Positions 25,858 through 39,087 of a stretch of 64,000 nt of DNA are shown one piece after another. Position numbers and translations under genes: made by a program. Below the pieces are notes generated by a model. It searched no databases and was not told the origin of the DNA. It saw nothing but the letters and a program-made list of their open reading frames with translations. Origin of the DNA: Callorhinchus milii (lineage: Eukaryota); NCBI RefSeq assembly GCF_018977255.1, contig NW_024704743.1, positions 14,696,001-14,760,000 on the forward strand, in the 5' to 3' direction. Position 1 is the first letter of the stretch. Every line of letters starts with the position of its first letter.

Positions 25858-27240
25858 GCCCCCGTCATGCCTGCGGGCTGACCATGTCCCGCTGAACACC
25901 TTGCTCACGGTCTCCGCGTGCGCGTTTTGGCTGCCGCCCCAACCCGAGCCCCCCACTAATAATGCTCCGCCTTCTACTCCCCAGATTCCGCTACTCCCAA
26001 TCAGTCCTTCTCTCCCACCGCCCTTCTCACTTTCTCTCTCTCCTAGATCCCATCACTGCCTCCCTCTGCTCCAGCTTGGGTATCCTTCGCCAGGCACATG
26101 ATGGCTCTCAGCAATGGTTGTCGCAAAGCAGCCACCCCACTGCCCCATCGCCCACTCTTCCCAACACAACAACCTCCCCCACGTCTGAAAGGCAAACACC
26201 AGTTCCCTCATCCATATCCTTACCCTTCCAAACTCCCCCCCAACCTCCACGGTCAATTGTCCCCTAGAGTCTGAAACCCTCCCTACCCTCCCTCCGAAGC
26301 TCTCCTTCACCAGCTCACCCACTCGCATTTCTCTCCAAAATGTCTGCTTTCTCTTAAATAAAGCCCTCACAACCCATCACCTCATCCTGGACGAGAACAT
26401 CAACATTCTTGGGCTCACAGAAATCTGACTGTTCCCTTTTGACCCTGTCCCCAATTGAAGCCTCCCCCATGGCTACACCTTTCACCACACCCCCGGCCAA
26501 ACAAACGCGGCGATGGGTGGCCCTCATCTCCCAAACTTCCCTCGCTCTATCCCTTATTCCTCCGGCTCTTTCCCCTCTTTTGATCACTTAAACCTGTACT
26601 CATTTATTGTCTTCCCAAACTGCCTGGTTCCTTCATCCCTGACATCTCCTCCCATCCCTCTGCCTCTGCATTAAACAACTGATTATAATGGGTGATTTCA
26701 ACCTTCACCTGAAGTCCCCTTGCACCACCTACTCCGTCTTCATTCCCCTCCTCTTCACACTAAACCTCACCCTCCACATAGACTCCCCGACTCACAACCG
26801 TGGTCACCCCCTCAACCTTGTTATCACTCACCGCCTTAACATCTCCAACTTGTCCATCCACCCAAGGCCATTTCACACCATTTCCTCATTGCCTTCTCCT
26901 CCCATTTTGAACATTTTGGAGGCCAAAAACAATCGAAAGGCACTGTTCTTCACCACTGTCCATCACCTCCTCCGCGCACACCCCCAAGCTGCCTCCATCC
27001 TCACCTCAAACGCCAAGTGCAAAGAAGTCTCAGATTGAAAATATCTGCTTTGCTGCATCCACCGCCCCTACATCCCCTTCCACGTCTGCACCACCCCCTC
27101 CTTCCACCATGGCCCCTATTACTCCCCACTCTCTCCACTCTTTTGCTCCGATTACTCCCTCTCAACCACCAACTCCCAGATGAAGCTCATCACCTGCTGC
27201 CTAGACCTCCTCCCTACCCAGTTGTTGGTCACCCAGCTCT
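25858..27240 (+). mobile_element. Decayed L2 5' region including the APE endonuclease part of ORF2
   Basis: Broken frames give LQNV.., ILGLTE, MGDFNLH and PTHNRGHPLNLVIT, which are APE motifs. The C-rich composition matches the other L2 copies. Confidence 0.75.
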
Positions 27241-27259
27241 CTAACCAGCTTTACTTTCA

Positions 27260-28320
27260 CTTCTCCCTCAATCCCGCCACCTTGCCCCCTTGCTCCCCTC
27301 TTTCAAGTCTCGCCTGAAAACTTTCCTGTTCGACCGTGCTTACGACCACCTTCCCCCCGGCTCGGAGTCAGGCTCTACCACTGTGAAAGGCTATGAGACC
27401 CTACCCTGTGAGGAGGGCGCTATATGTGCAAGGTATTGTTATCTTCATGGACCTCATCCACCGCCTCTCCTCCCTCATCCACCTGAGTGGGACCACACTA
27501 GCCTGGTTCAAGTCGTACCAAACAAACCGCCTTCAATTTATCTCCTCAAACAGTTTCTCCTGCTTGTACCCCAGGGCTCCATCTTTGGCCCCCTCCTCTT
27601 CCTCATCTACATGGTCCCTCTCTGTGATGTCATCCACAGACATTGGGTTAACTTCCAAATGTATACGGATGACACACAAATCTACTTCTCCTCCTCCAGC
27701 TGCAACTCTAGGTCCGCCGATGTTCTCTCGGCCTGTCTGATGGACATTAGGCCCCGAAAAAGCGAAAACTTCCTACAACTCAATGTTGACAAGACAGAAG
27801 CCATATTCATTGGCTCCCGTCAACATCTTCTATCCTGAGACTCTGACCTCCTCAATCTTCCCGGCCTATCGCTCAGACTTACCAAATCAGTGCACAACCT
27901 AGGCATCAGGTTCAACCCACAGCTGTCCTCCCTATTGCCGAATGGATCGATTTCAAGATCCTCACACTTGGTTTCAAATCCCTTCATGACCTGGCATCTC
28001 CCTAGCTCTCCGACCTGCTTACCACCCAACCCACAACCCGATGCCTCCGGCCTTCTGCATGTCCCTTGTGCCCTCCGTTCCACCATTGGTGGCCGCGCTT
28101 TCAACAACTACACCCCAAAACTCAGCAACACTCTTCCTCAATCCCTCTATCTCGCCCCTTCCTTCCCCTTCTTCAGATTGTGCCTGAAGATCTTCCTATT
28201 CGACCGTGCCTATGGTTATCTTCCCCTCCCTCCGGCTTGGCATCGTGCTCCGCCACTGTCAAGATCTCTGGGATGCTACCCTGTGTGAGAAGCGCTATAT
28301 AAGTGATTGTTATTGTTGTA
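27260..28320 (+). mobile_element. L2 tail followed by an internally deleted RT-to-tail L2 fragment
   Basis: [37 protein letters not shown] and NFLQLNVDKTEAI; tail near 28290-28318. Confidence 0.9.
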
Positions 28321-29249
28321 ATGCTTCTCAGCAACTCAGCAGACAAGGTCTATCTAGTGTTTTATCTTGGTAAATTTTTTTTAAAAATGAAATGACTGAA
28401 GTGATTTATCATGATTTTCCCACTCCACTTCAATCACTTTCTTTGATATATCGTGTATTTTACCGCTTTTGCACTATAAGTTTGGATCTGCAGAAAGCCC
28501 ATCTCCAGAGACAAGTAGTATTGTAATATCAACACTTTCTCTTCTTTCCAATCACCTCTTTCTCATTTGCTAATTTCAATTTAATTCTATTTCTGGCTAA
28601 ACTGTCTTTGCTGTACTTAATTTTTCGGAAAATTGAACTTTTAAAATCTTTTATTTACCTTCATCCTGATGGTTCCATGTATTTGGAAGTTTTAAAACTG
28701 GGTTTTGAATGTCGAAACCTGTTTCAGATTTAATTAAATGCTCTGAACCCAGTCCAGTCAAATACTGGACCACAACTGTTAATATCAGCTTCACTAACAC
28801 TGGGCACTGGATTATAACAATAATCCTTAAATTTAATATAGCACTTGACCATTTTCAACTGAACATGCCATTCCTCACTCTCTCTCTCTCCTTCCCCACA
28901 TTCGAAGCCTGTCGCACGACTTACCTCTTTCGCTCTGCTTTTGGTTGTCTATCCCCTCCCCACCTTTATAAGTTCCCACTGTTCAGCTCGGGTGCCCAGC
29001 CAGCAGTGTGAAGTGCTTTACACAGCCTCCTGAAAGAAAGCCGCAATATAAATGTATATTATATTGTATGCAGCTGAAAGGCAGGGCATGACTTGTAGCG
29101 CGGTTCCTTTTGCACATTTTGCATAAATGGCATGATAACAAAACGACACACAAGTCAAAAATGTTAAAAGATCCAGAATCGCCAAAATAATGGCAGTGCC
29201 AGTCTGGTAAAACACTATTCCTCTACAATAGAGTGGTCGCAAAAATATA

Positions 29250-29475
29250 CCTTTACACAGAGAGTTGTTACGGTCTAGAATGCACCTCCTGCGTGCAGTG
29301 GAAACAGATTAAATTTCAAAAAAAAATTGGATAGGTATTTGAAAAGGAAACATTTGCAAGGATATGGGGAAAGAGCAGGGGAGTGGAACTGATTGGGTAG
29401 CTCTTCCAAAGAGCCGGCAGTCATGATGGGCCAAATGGCCTCCTTCTGTGCCGTAATATTCTATGATTCTATGAT
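29250..29475 (+). mobile_element. CR1 LINE 3' end
   Basis: acacagagagttgtta...gatgggccaaatggcctccttctgtg...attctatgattctatga (CR1 3' hairpin and 8-nt repeat). Confidence 0.88.
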
Positions 29476-31359
29476 ACCTTTATAAAGTTTTAACTTGAAG
29501 CCACTTACATGATGTTGGGTATTTGTGTCCTTGTGCAGAACTTCGATTTGCTGTAATGCCAACCTTTACATCAACTTGTTCTAATGCCAACTCTTTTCCA
29601 TTATAAGGAAAAGGCAAGCTTTATGCAGCTGGTTCTTTAACAATATTAAAGAGACAAGTACTTCATAGCAGAATTGCACACATTAATCACTTCCAGCAGT
29701 ATAAAGAGAGCATAAAATATTTGCNAAAAAAACTTTAGCCTATTTATGGTTATAGTCCCTACTCTTGCAATAACTAGAATGCAAGTTCTTCTCTAAAGCA
29801 AACCTTTTTGTATAATAATTCCTATTCACAGCACTGAAGAATCTTGATGCGGATAAACTGAAAATGAAGTAATTGTAAGGAGTAATTAAGAATAATATCC
29901 TACGGATGTAGATGTACCATATTTGGTGAAATAAAGCCCTACTCCACTGCATCAGACACGCTATTCACTTCTAGCTACCAAAGAGCACTAACCCCCCCAA
30001 GGGATTCTGTTCATAAATGTTAATGGTTTAAGATGTGTCTTAGTTCGCAAACAATTTGCCTTACATAGTTCTTAGATTACCTAAGTAAGAAAATGCTGAC
30101 TCACAGAAAAACATCTGATTAAACACCAGTCAATTTAATTTTTTAGAAAACTACCCTCAAGACCCTGGAAAACACTAACCATCCATGTTTATAATTCAAT
30201 GGGGAGAACATTGAACACAGAAATGCAACTTATCACAGTTGTCGACATTAATATACAAACTAAAAATGAACCAGAATTTTATGTTTGTTTTTCCCTCCAA
30301 ACTAGAGGAAGATCTCTTGGAACTTAATATTGTTGATCCATTGTGGCCAGAAAGGTTCAATTTCTGGGCTGTTTTAAGGGCAGCAGTAGGCGGTATTACA
30401 TGTGACCTCAAAACTTTGGTTAAAAAACAAATATCAACCAGGCTTGCTACTCTGATCTCTGTATGTGAACTTTGGCTCAAAGCCACATATGGTGGAATTT
30501 GGATCAAACTCAACTCAAATAGCCTGCTAACATTTAGTATGAAAACTCACTTGGGGAAGGTTTGTGGAAACATTCCATCGTAGCAGAATGATCAAGAAGC
30601 CCCTCAGAAGAAAAGGGGAGAAAATTACAGGTGAAAACATTACCCTCGATCTTCCTTGCATTTAAGTTCCTGTTATTGCACTGAATATAGCATTGCAAAC
30701 CATCATGCTGCATATTCTTACAAATATTTACAGGCCGCAATATAAAAAGTTAAGACGTAAATATCTTTCTTAGACATCACAGTGCCTCATAGATTAAAAA
30801 AAATTGGCAAAAGGATTCATTGCCATGAAAATAACTAACTCAGGATTCAAATAACAGCATAAGCCTCACTCGTGATGTTTATTATACCATTTGAAGCCCC
30901 AGGAGATTATTTTCTTGTAAACATCCACAGCCATCATCTTTTACATCACCTTAATATAATGCAACTTTCTTTTTTCTCCATTTGTTTATTAGAATAGTTG
31001 CTTAATCTCATACTATAAGTGCCAGTGCCCTGCAATCAGTTAAGCACATTCTGAACAATGTAATATATATCAGATATATTTCAGGACTGTATATTTAGGT
31101 TATCTCTTCTATTTGCTAGCTTTTTCAAAATCAAACTGGGACATGACAGACGGGAGCTGTCAGTGGAGTTATTTTATAGTACAGTATTATGTTATTGCTC
31201 TGTCAGAGAAGACAAACTGCAGCAAGGCAGCAACTGCTAAAACCTGATGTAACCTTTTATGTGATGATCACATTGGTTGTCCAATTTAACAAGAAGCGTC
31301 CATCATCGTAAACCCCATTTGGTGGTAAAAAACAGAAAATTCCTGAGTATGATAACTAA

Positions 31360-31700
31360 GAACAATAGTCTTTACATTTGGTATAACACCTTCCATGTCA
31401 GCAGGACATCTCAAAGCACTTCACAAAATTTACTGTAAAGTGAAGTGACTGTGTTTTATGGATGAACGCAGAAGTCAACTGGCACATATCAATTTCTCAC
31501 AGCCATGAAGTGAATGACCAATTTTATTTGGGAGATTGTTGGCCAGGATACTGCGAGAGACACTTTTCAAATAGAGCCATGGGATCTTTAATGTCCACCT
31601 AAATCTTTAATGTCCATCTAATTTAAAGATTAGGGACTTGTTTAACGTCTCAGCTAACAATGCAGCACACCTCCAGCACCTCATTTGACCGTCAGCCTAA
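31360..31700 (-). mobile_element. Old Deu-domain (SacSINE1-like) SINE relic
   Basis: aatagagccatgggatctttaatgtccacc and tttaacgtctca are reverse complements of Deu-core motifs. Other relics lie near 18080-18230, 19620-19890 and 43490-43720. Confidence 0.6.
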
Positions 31701-31727
31701 GAGTAGTCTTTAATACTTTAATATGGT

Positions 31728-32100
31728 GGAGTCCTGTAGCTCAGTGGTTAAGAGCACCCGTCTCGCAAGCGAGAGACCTGAGTTCAAATCCCGGCAGGTG
31801 AAACATTGGGCAAGTTTCCTTACTCTACATGCCTCTGTTTACCTAGGAGTAAATAGGAGCCTGGTTGTTAATCGATTGGCAAATCGCTTTTCCAGTGGTA
31901 ATAATTCCTTAAAAATAATAATAAATTGGTCACTTCAATCCATAACTGTTTGTGGGACACTGCTGTGTGCAATTGGCTGCCTCGTTTCACCCACAAAATA
32001 CGCAGTCAATCCATTTACAATATATTGTCTGTGAAGCAGACATCTCAACAATGTGATAAAGGGCAAGATTGTTATTATTATTGCAAGATTATTATTATTA
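31728..32100 (+). mobile_element. tRNA-derived SINE, full length
   Basis: ggagtcctgtagctcagtggttaagagca...gagttcaaatcc, then the SINE body and (tta)n. Confidence 0.9.
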
Positions 32101-32983
32101 TTTATTACAAATGCCACCAAGAAACAACAACAACAATTTGCACTTATACAGCACGCTCCACACAAGGTAGCATCTCAGAGCGCTTACAAAGGCTACAATC
32201 CTGCAACTGTTGCTTTGATTCTATTGGCAGGAGCGTCACCAAGTGTACGAGTAAGAACATTCTGTCAGTAGTGTCATTCAGCTGCAAATGCAGTCATTAC
32301 ACACTTCAGTAAATCCTGTGAAGCGTTTTGAGATGTTTGCCAGCTTGATAAGGCGCTATATCAATTTCAAGGATCATATTTATATAGCTTGCTTAACTTG
32401 TTCTCGGATTGATTCTTCACCAACATCATGTAAGGCCTTTAGGTAAGAGTGAGGCCAGTGCATTAAGATACTGAGAAAGAGCTAATAATAATAATAATCC
32501 TTGCATTTGATATTGCGCTTTAGCATGTCTTCAAGATCTCAGATTTCTTCATGACGAGTACGAGGGTACCCCATTAGAACTCCCTCAGTTGAATGAAAGT
32601 TCACTTGTGTACCCATTCTAACTGATGCTAACTGCTAACTTCCAGCATTAAAGAATTGCTGGCTTCTGAGTCATCAGGTTCACTTTGCATACTACAATAC
32701 AAATTACACTTTTATAGCGCCTTTCACATTGGGAGGATGTGCCAAAGTGCTGTGTACAGATGCACCACTGACATTACTAGATGAAGGGATGTGTAGTGTA
32801 TGCATGATACATGATGTTAGCAGCAAATCTTGCACAATGCACAGGACTAATAACAGTGGGAGTTGATGACCTAGACAGAGGATCTGAGATATTCGATTTG
32901 GTAACCATGTTATAATGGGATTGTTCTGTAATTATAAGTTCTGATAAAAAAAATTATTAGAAATAACACATACCTTGGTATCG

Positions 32984-33303
32984 TAATAATAATAATCCTT
33001 GCATTTGATATAGCGCTTTTCACGTCGGGAGGACATCCCAAAGCGCTTCACAGAATATACTGTAAAGTGAATTGACTGTATATTTGTGGGCGAACGCGGC
33101 AGCCAATTGCGCACAGCAATGTCCCACAAACAGTCGTAGATTGAAAATGACCAATTTATTATTGTTTTTGGTTTTTGGAGGGACTATTATTAGGCTCTGT
33201 GTGGAGTAAGGAAACTTGCCCAAGGTTTCGCCCTCTGCCTGGAATTGAACTCAGGTCTCGCACTTGCAAAGCGAGTGCTCTAACCACTGAGCTACAGGAC
33301 TCC
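32984..33303 (-). mobile_element. Young tRNA-derived SINE, full length
   Basis: Nearly identical to the copies at 55706-56056 and 59301-59626, with CpGs retained. Confidence 0.95.
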
Positions 33304-33929
33304 ACAAAGGTAGGTAGTTATGAAGATATAGTGTGGTGTTAGTACTATGCATTTATTATAATTATTATGTATTTATCAGCTGCACACTTCTTTTAGTTAA
33401 TCAGTGGATAAATATAAAGGTCATTCAGTTAGACTTCTGATGAATCCTTGTGTATTCATTTACTCCAAACCTACATTTTAGGGTTTTCATTTGTTGAATT
33501 AAAGCCTTTATAAGCAAATGGCTTCAAGATGCAATACACAATCGGTTTTGTTAGTTGCAGCTTCACAATGTCGTGAAACTTCAACGATTTGTCAAAAGCC
33601 ACACTAAAACCCGATTCCTCTCCATCTTTGTTAATGGACACCATTTAGTTGTGCAACACATTCACTGTTTCTTGTTGCAGGGTGTTTTTCCTTGTATTTA
33701 TCTATAACATTTATCTGCCACTCCTTAGCTCAACTGCTTAATTGGTTCAGATCTTCTTGTATGACTTCTCTCCTCATATCATTCATCTGCCCACGAGCTT
33801 AGTTTCCTCAGCAAATGTTGTATTACAAGACATCCTATCCCTCAAGTCAGTTTGATCAGAAGGAGACCCAAAATAGATCCCTGCAAAACTCCCCAAAAGA
33901 ACTTGATAGAGAAGCAAGTAGTTCTTTGT

Positions 33930-35035
33930 ACCTATCACACTGCCTCCACTTCATCTCCATAAACGGTTTCTCCTCTAGCCCCCGCACCATCTTGTGCGGC
34001 ATTCCTCAGGGCTCTGTCCTTGGTCCCCTTCTCTTCAATAGCTATATGCTCCCTCTTGATGACATCATCCGCAGACATGGGGCCAACGTCCACATGTATG
34101 CGGATGACACCCAACTCTACCTCTCTGCCTCCACCCTCGACTCAGGGACCACTGCTGTCCTGACAGAATGTCTTTCAGACATCAAGTCCTGGATGAGAGC
34201 TAAACGTCAAAAAGAACGAGGCCCTCCTGAATGGCTCCTGTCAGCGCCTCCACAACTCAGGCGCTGACAGCATCACCATCCATGTTTGCACACTCCATCT
34301 CACTAATCCAGTCTGGAACCTTGGCCTCTTGTTTGACCCTCAAATATCCCCACATCTGTGCTATAACCCGCTCTGGCTTCCCCCACCTCCAAAACATCTA
34401 CTGTCTCACACTGCAGGCCGCCAAAATCCTCATATACGCATTCATAACAACTAGGCTTGACTATGCAAACTCCTTGCTTGTCGGCCTCCCCAACCCCTCC
34501 CTCCACAGGCTGCAGATCATCCACAACTCTGCAGCCCATGTTCTCTCCTGCACCAGGCTCCGGGACCCTATCACTCCCATCCTCGCCCGACTCCACTGGC
34601 TTCCCATCACACAGAGGATACAGTTCAAGATCCTGGTTCTCACCTTCAAAGCCCTCCACGGTCTTGTTCCTTCTACCTCTGTGACCTCCTAACCCCCTAC
34701 CCATCCTGCCCGCTCCTTCCACTCAGCGGGCTCCGGTCTGCTTCACGTTCCCCGCTTCGCCCTCTCCACCTTCGGCGGGCGGTCCTTCTGCCACTCTGCC
34801 CCCACCCTCTGGAACTCCATCCTGCAGTCCCTCCGCCTTGCCCCGTTCTTTGCCTCCTTCAAGGCCCATCTCAAGATCCTCCTCTTCGACCGTTCTTTCG
34901 ATCACCCTCCTTCCCTCCCCCTGCCCTCCACCCTCCCCAATCCCAACCCCCAGCTCAGGTCCAAAACACTGACTGTCCTTCGGACGTTCTCCCAACGTGA
35001 AAGGCGCTATACAAATGTAATTTTGTTGTTGTTTT
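33930..35035 (+). mobile_element. L2 LINE, RT to 3' tail
   Basis: [33 protein letters not shown] and LARLHWLPITQRIQFKIL; tail gtgaaaggcgctatacaaatgtaatt(ttg)n. Confidence 0.95.
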
Positions 35036-35292
35036 TGTAATATAAAACACTTCGAGATTCCCCTTCGGCATGAAGGACACTGTATAAATGCAAATTGTTG
35101 TTACTCCATAACATGTACAAATGAAACATTAATATTACCTTCTCCTTATTCTTGTATTCCATGCCCCTATAAATATATATAAACAAGCAAGAATTCTATT
35201 TGCCCTATTTAATTGTGTTCTCTACTTGCACTGTCACCCTTAAATACCTATGTAATGTATTCCTAGTCTTTCTGCTCCTGTATTCTGTAAAG

Positions 35293-35446
35293 CAGTGGTG
35301 GCAAACCTGTGGCCCTCAGGCAAGAAGTGGCCCGCAGGGCCATCAAGAAGTCAAGGGCCCCCAAACATTCACACGGCAATAAATCAAGAAATATTCAATC
35401 AAGAACATTTATTTTGTTGGCCGATCATAGAGGTTGGTGACCACTG
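35293..35446. mobile_element. hAT (Charlie-like) MITE
   Basis: Ends CAGTGGTGGCAAACCT...AGGTTGGTGACCACTG; 8-bp TSD ctgtaaag/ctgtagag (7/8); subterminal tggccc motifs. Confidence 0.85.
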
Positions 35447-36008
35447 CTGTAGAGAATATTATTTAGAAACATTGCTTTTCTTTTTTCCTCTTCACAAATG
35501 TACTACCCTGCATCCTTTTGCATGGACTTTGTTTGCACTCCACTAATCAACCATAGAAAAATCAGAGTAAAGCCCAACATACACTTTCCAGGAGGGAACA
35601 AAAGAGCAAATAAGGAAGCTTTCTTAACCCAGAGCTATTTATAGCCCCACCATGAACCCAGCTAAAATCAGCCAATTCAGAACATGGAGGAAACAAAGAT
35701 TGAACCTTTAGGGTCCATAAGACTCAGTACAGTATCACATAATGCATTAACCCTCAACCCATTTTCACTTTTCTTTCTGTTTCATGCGGTCAACAGTACA
35801 ATGGCTTCAATTATAACAATACGAACCAAAGTGTTATTAATGGAAGCAATGATCCAGTACCATGGCTTAAAAATGTACACAGTGTAGTAAATATTGAAAT
35901 GTACTGCTGTTATAAAAATGCCGTAGAAGATATCCAACAGAGAAACAAGGAATCCAAAATAACTCAAAACAAGAATTGTCAATTTATTTTGGTATGTGTG
36001 TGTAGCTA

Positions 36009-36030
36009 TCTCTCTCTCTCTCTCTCTCTC
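36009..36030 (+). repeat. (TC)n microsatellite
   Basis: About 11 TC units. Confidence 0.9.
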
Positions 36031-38779
36031 AAAATATAAATGACCACGACTGTACATACATGTATACATAAAGATTTTGCAGGGATGAGTGCATGTATAG
36101 GCCCATGTCATGTAAGTCATCTCGGTGTTCAACAAGCATCATTTTCAATCAGTTTGAATGAAATTGTGGGCCAGAAACATTTGATGTTTCACAAGAAATC
36201 AGAGAAACAAATTAATCAAATATGAAACATGATATTTTCCTATCTATTGCTAAAATTTGGCTGTGGGTATGATTCCCCCCTCCCTTAATTTGGTACAACG
36301 TTGGGTCCCATTTAGCCTTCTATTGTGGTTTTCAATCACGGAGAATGGTATTTCACTGCAATTTGATTGATGCTAAATTCAGGATATAATGAAGCAACAT
36401 TCAAACATGAGCTCTGGGGCCAACAATGTGCTCCATAGGCATTTCCAGCAGAAAGCACTGCATTGTAATCAGGAATTCTGGCTAATTGTCCCTTCTCCTA
36501 GCCAATACTTCTGAAACCAATTATTGTATAGCAGATTAATAGCCAGCCTGGCTCAAAATACTCAATTGTTAATTGCCTTCATAATATGTTATAGATACTA
36601 TTAAACTACATTCAATGATGGCTGTTGAGTCCATATAAATGAGCAGTAATCTTGGTTAGCACATATCAGACTTCAGAGATGTGATTCCTCAGATGCTAAA
36701 GCTCCCAAGTTCAACAAGATGTACAAATTCCACATGTATTAACCATTTACAGTGTGCATTCACTAAACAAAGCGAATATTTTAAGCTCCGTATTTGAGAT
36801 CAAATAAGTGAAATGCAAACTACTTTCTGAAACCTTTGGCTGCTAGAATTAAATGTTATCTCTCTTCCCTCAACCTTCCTGTGGATAGACAAAATGATTG
36901 ACAGGAACAATTGAAAGAGATGAGCAAGGGAATCCACTGTGGGTTGATCTTGGATTATGCCTCTAATGAACTCAATGACTGGATCTCAATCCCAGTCCGA
37001 AATACTGCAGTTGTCTTGATGCCTCCCAGAATTTCAGATCATTATCTATTCAGTTGGATACGCAATCTCAGTCTTGTTCCAAAGATGGCCTCTTGTGGTG
37101 CATTTGGTCAACTGTTGAATCAGGCATATATTTTCTTCAAGAATGATTGTATCGGCATCACTCATGACCTTAGACTTACTGGTAGGAGTATAAAGATTTT
37201 GCAGGGATGAGTGCATGTATAGGCGCTATTCCTCATCTTTACAAAAACACTAACAACTTGCATTTACATAGCACCCCTCATGTAGGATAGTGTCCCAGAG
37301 TACTTGACAGTGGCGGAGCAGGACACCGAGCTAAATTAACAATTTGATATCAAATGATACTTGGATTTGATATAATACTTTTTCACATTTAACTGTCTCA
37401 AGGCGCTTAACACAATTAGTTACTTTTATGTGCAATGACTAATAAACCAGCTTATTTGCGCTAGCAATTAATAATAATAAAACACAAACTAAGTGATGAA
37501 TGACCAATGAAACTAGCTTGTTTGGATGAATCTGGATAAGGTGAATTTGGGGAAAGTAATGCTCTTTTTAATGATGACACAGTGGCAGCAGTACCAAGCT
37601 CCAATCAATCATGCGGCTCGATGTGGAAACTTGGACAACAGCAGATAAATGATGTGTTATTTTGAGCACTGGGAAGGCCAGCTTAGTAACTCAGAGAACA
37701 AGGCCAGATACATCTAATATTGCCTGTTGCCTAGCCACCTCTCATCAATAATGTGAACAGCCATTCTTCAATTACAAACATGCTAGATGCTAAAGAGAGA
37801 AGAGTAGGAAAGCTCGCCCCACTTGTTAACAGTTGTCAGCCTCATTGTTCTAACAAAGTTTGCACCTTTTTTTACAATGTACAAAGCACAAAAGAAATTA
37901 AGATTTTAACCCAAAAGCTTCGCTCAAGTAATTTGCACAGTTGCATTAATATGGCTGAGGTTCAGAAATATAGATTTTAAATGTTACAATTTTATATATA
38001 TATAGCATTTGAATACAAATATTTAATCACATAATATGGCAGAGGTACTGTTAATTCTTGTTGTTAGAACTGCTATGCCTGATCTGCCAGTTGAAAATTC
38101 GGCCTACATACAAATGGATGAGAAAGGTTCAAACATTAGACACCAAATAAATCATGAATTAAACACTGTCAATCATCCATCAATTTTGAAAACAATGATT
38201 TACTTGACAGAGTACTGGAACAAAACAAAAACAAATAAATGTACCACACTTTAGCTTCCTAAAAGAACAATCACTGCAACTGTATGTATACAGTAAAACT
38301 CGCATATGTCTTAGCTTTATAAATCATATAACCTCCTAAATTGTACATTTGTTCGTCCACAATATAGTCAATTTAGTTTACAGTATATTCTGTGAAGCAC
38401 TTTGAGATGTCTCAACAAAGCAGTAAGGCACCATATCAAATCCAAGGATTTTTACATTCATCCAAGTCCGATTCAGTTTCCTATTAAAACCATTTAGATT
38501 TCTTTGCACTACTTGAATTAATCATTTCCTAACTCGTAACGCCACTCCCCTATCCTCCATTACTCCATCACTTACTGGCTGCATTGAATTGCAGATCAAT
38601 CGGTCAACACATGCAAACTTATTGACCGGCTGCATTGAATCACAGGAAACGTAGTCTAGGTCCGCCATGGTATGAACTGAAGAACTTAATTTCCTGTGAT
38701 TCAATGCAATTCCAATGCTTACCAGTAAGTGCACATGCAGCGGTGGATCAAGACGCATTGAAATGCGGAAGACATAGTC

Positions 38780-39087
38780 TTGACTGTTTCCTCTGGTGGG
38801 TGGGTTGCTAACCAGATGATACAGATTTAAGATAATTGGAAAAAGAACCAGAGGAAAGACCAGGAGAAATACTTCTACACAGAGTTGTTACAGTCTGGAA
38901 TGCACTGCCTGAAAGGGTGGTGGAAACAGATTCGATAATAGCTTTCAAAAGCAAATTAGGCAGGTACTTAAAAAGGAAAAATGTGCAGGTCTATGGGGCA
39001 AGAGTGGGGGAGTGGGATTAGTTGGTATCTCTTTCTAAGAGCCAAATGGCCTCCACCTGTGCTGTAAAATTCTATGATTCTATGATT
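38780..39087 (+). mobile_element. CR1 LINE 3' end
   Basis: RVVTVWNALPERVVETDSIIAFKSKLGRYL, ending in attctatgattctatgatt. Confidence 0.92.

Noticed and set aside
29725..29725. Single N base
   Set aside because: Assembly ambiguity with no biological meaning.
30196..30583. Overlapping 105-aa and 114-aa ORFs as a coding exon
   Set aside because: No recognisable domain and no convincing splice pair bounding the frame.
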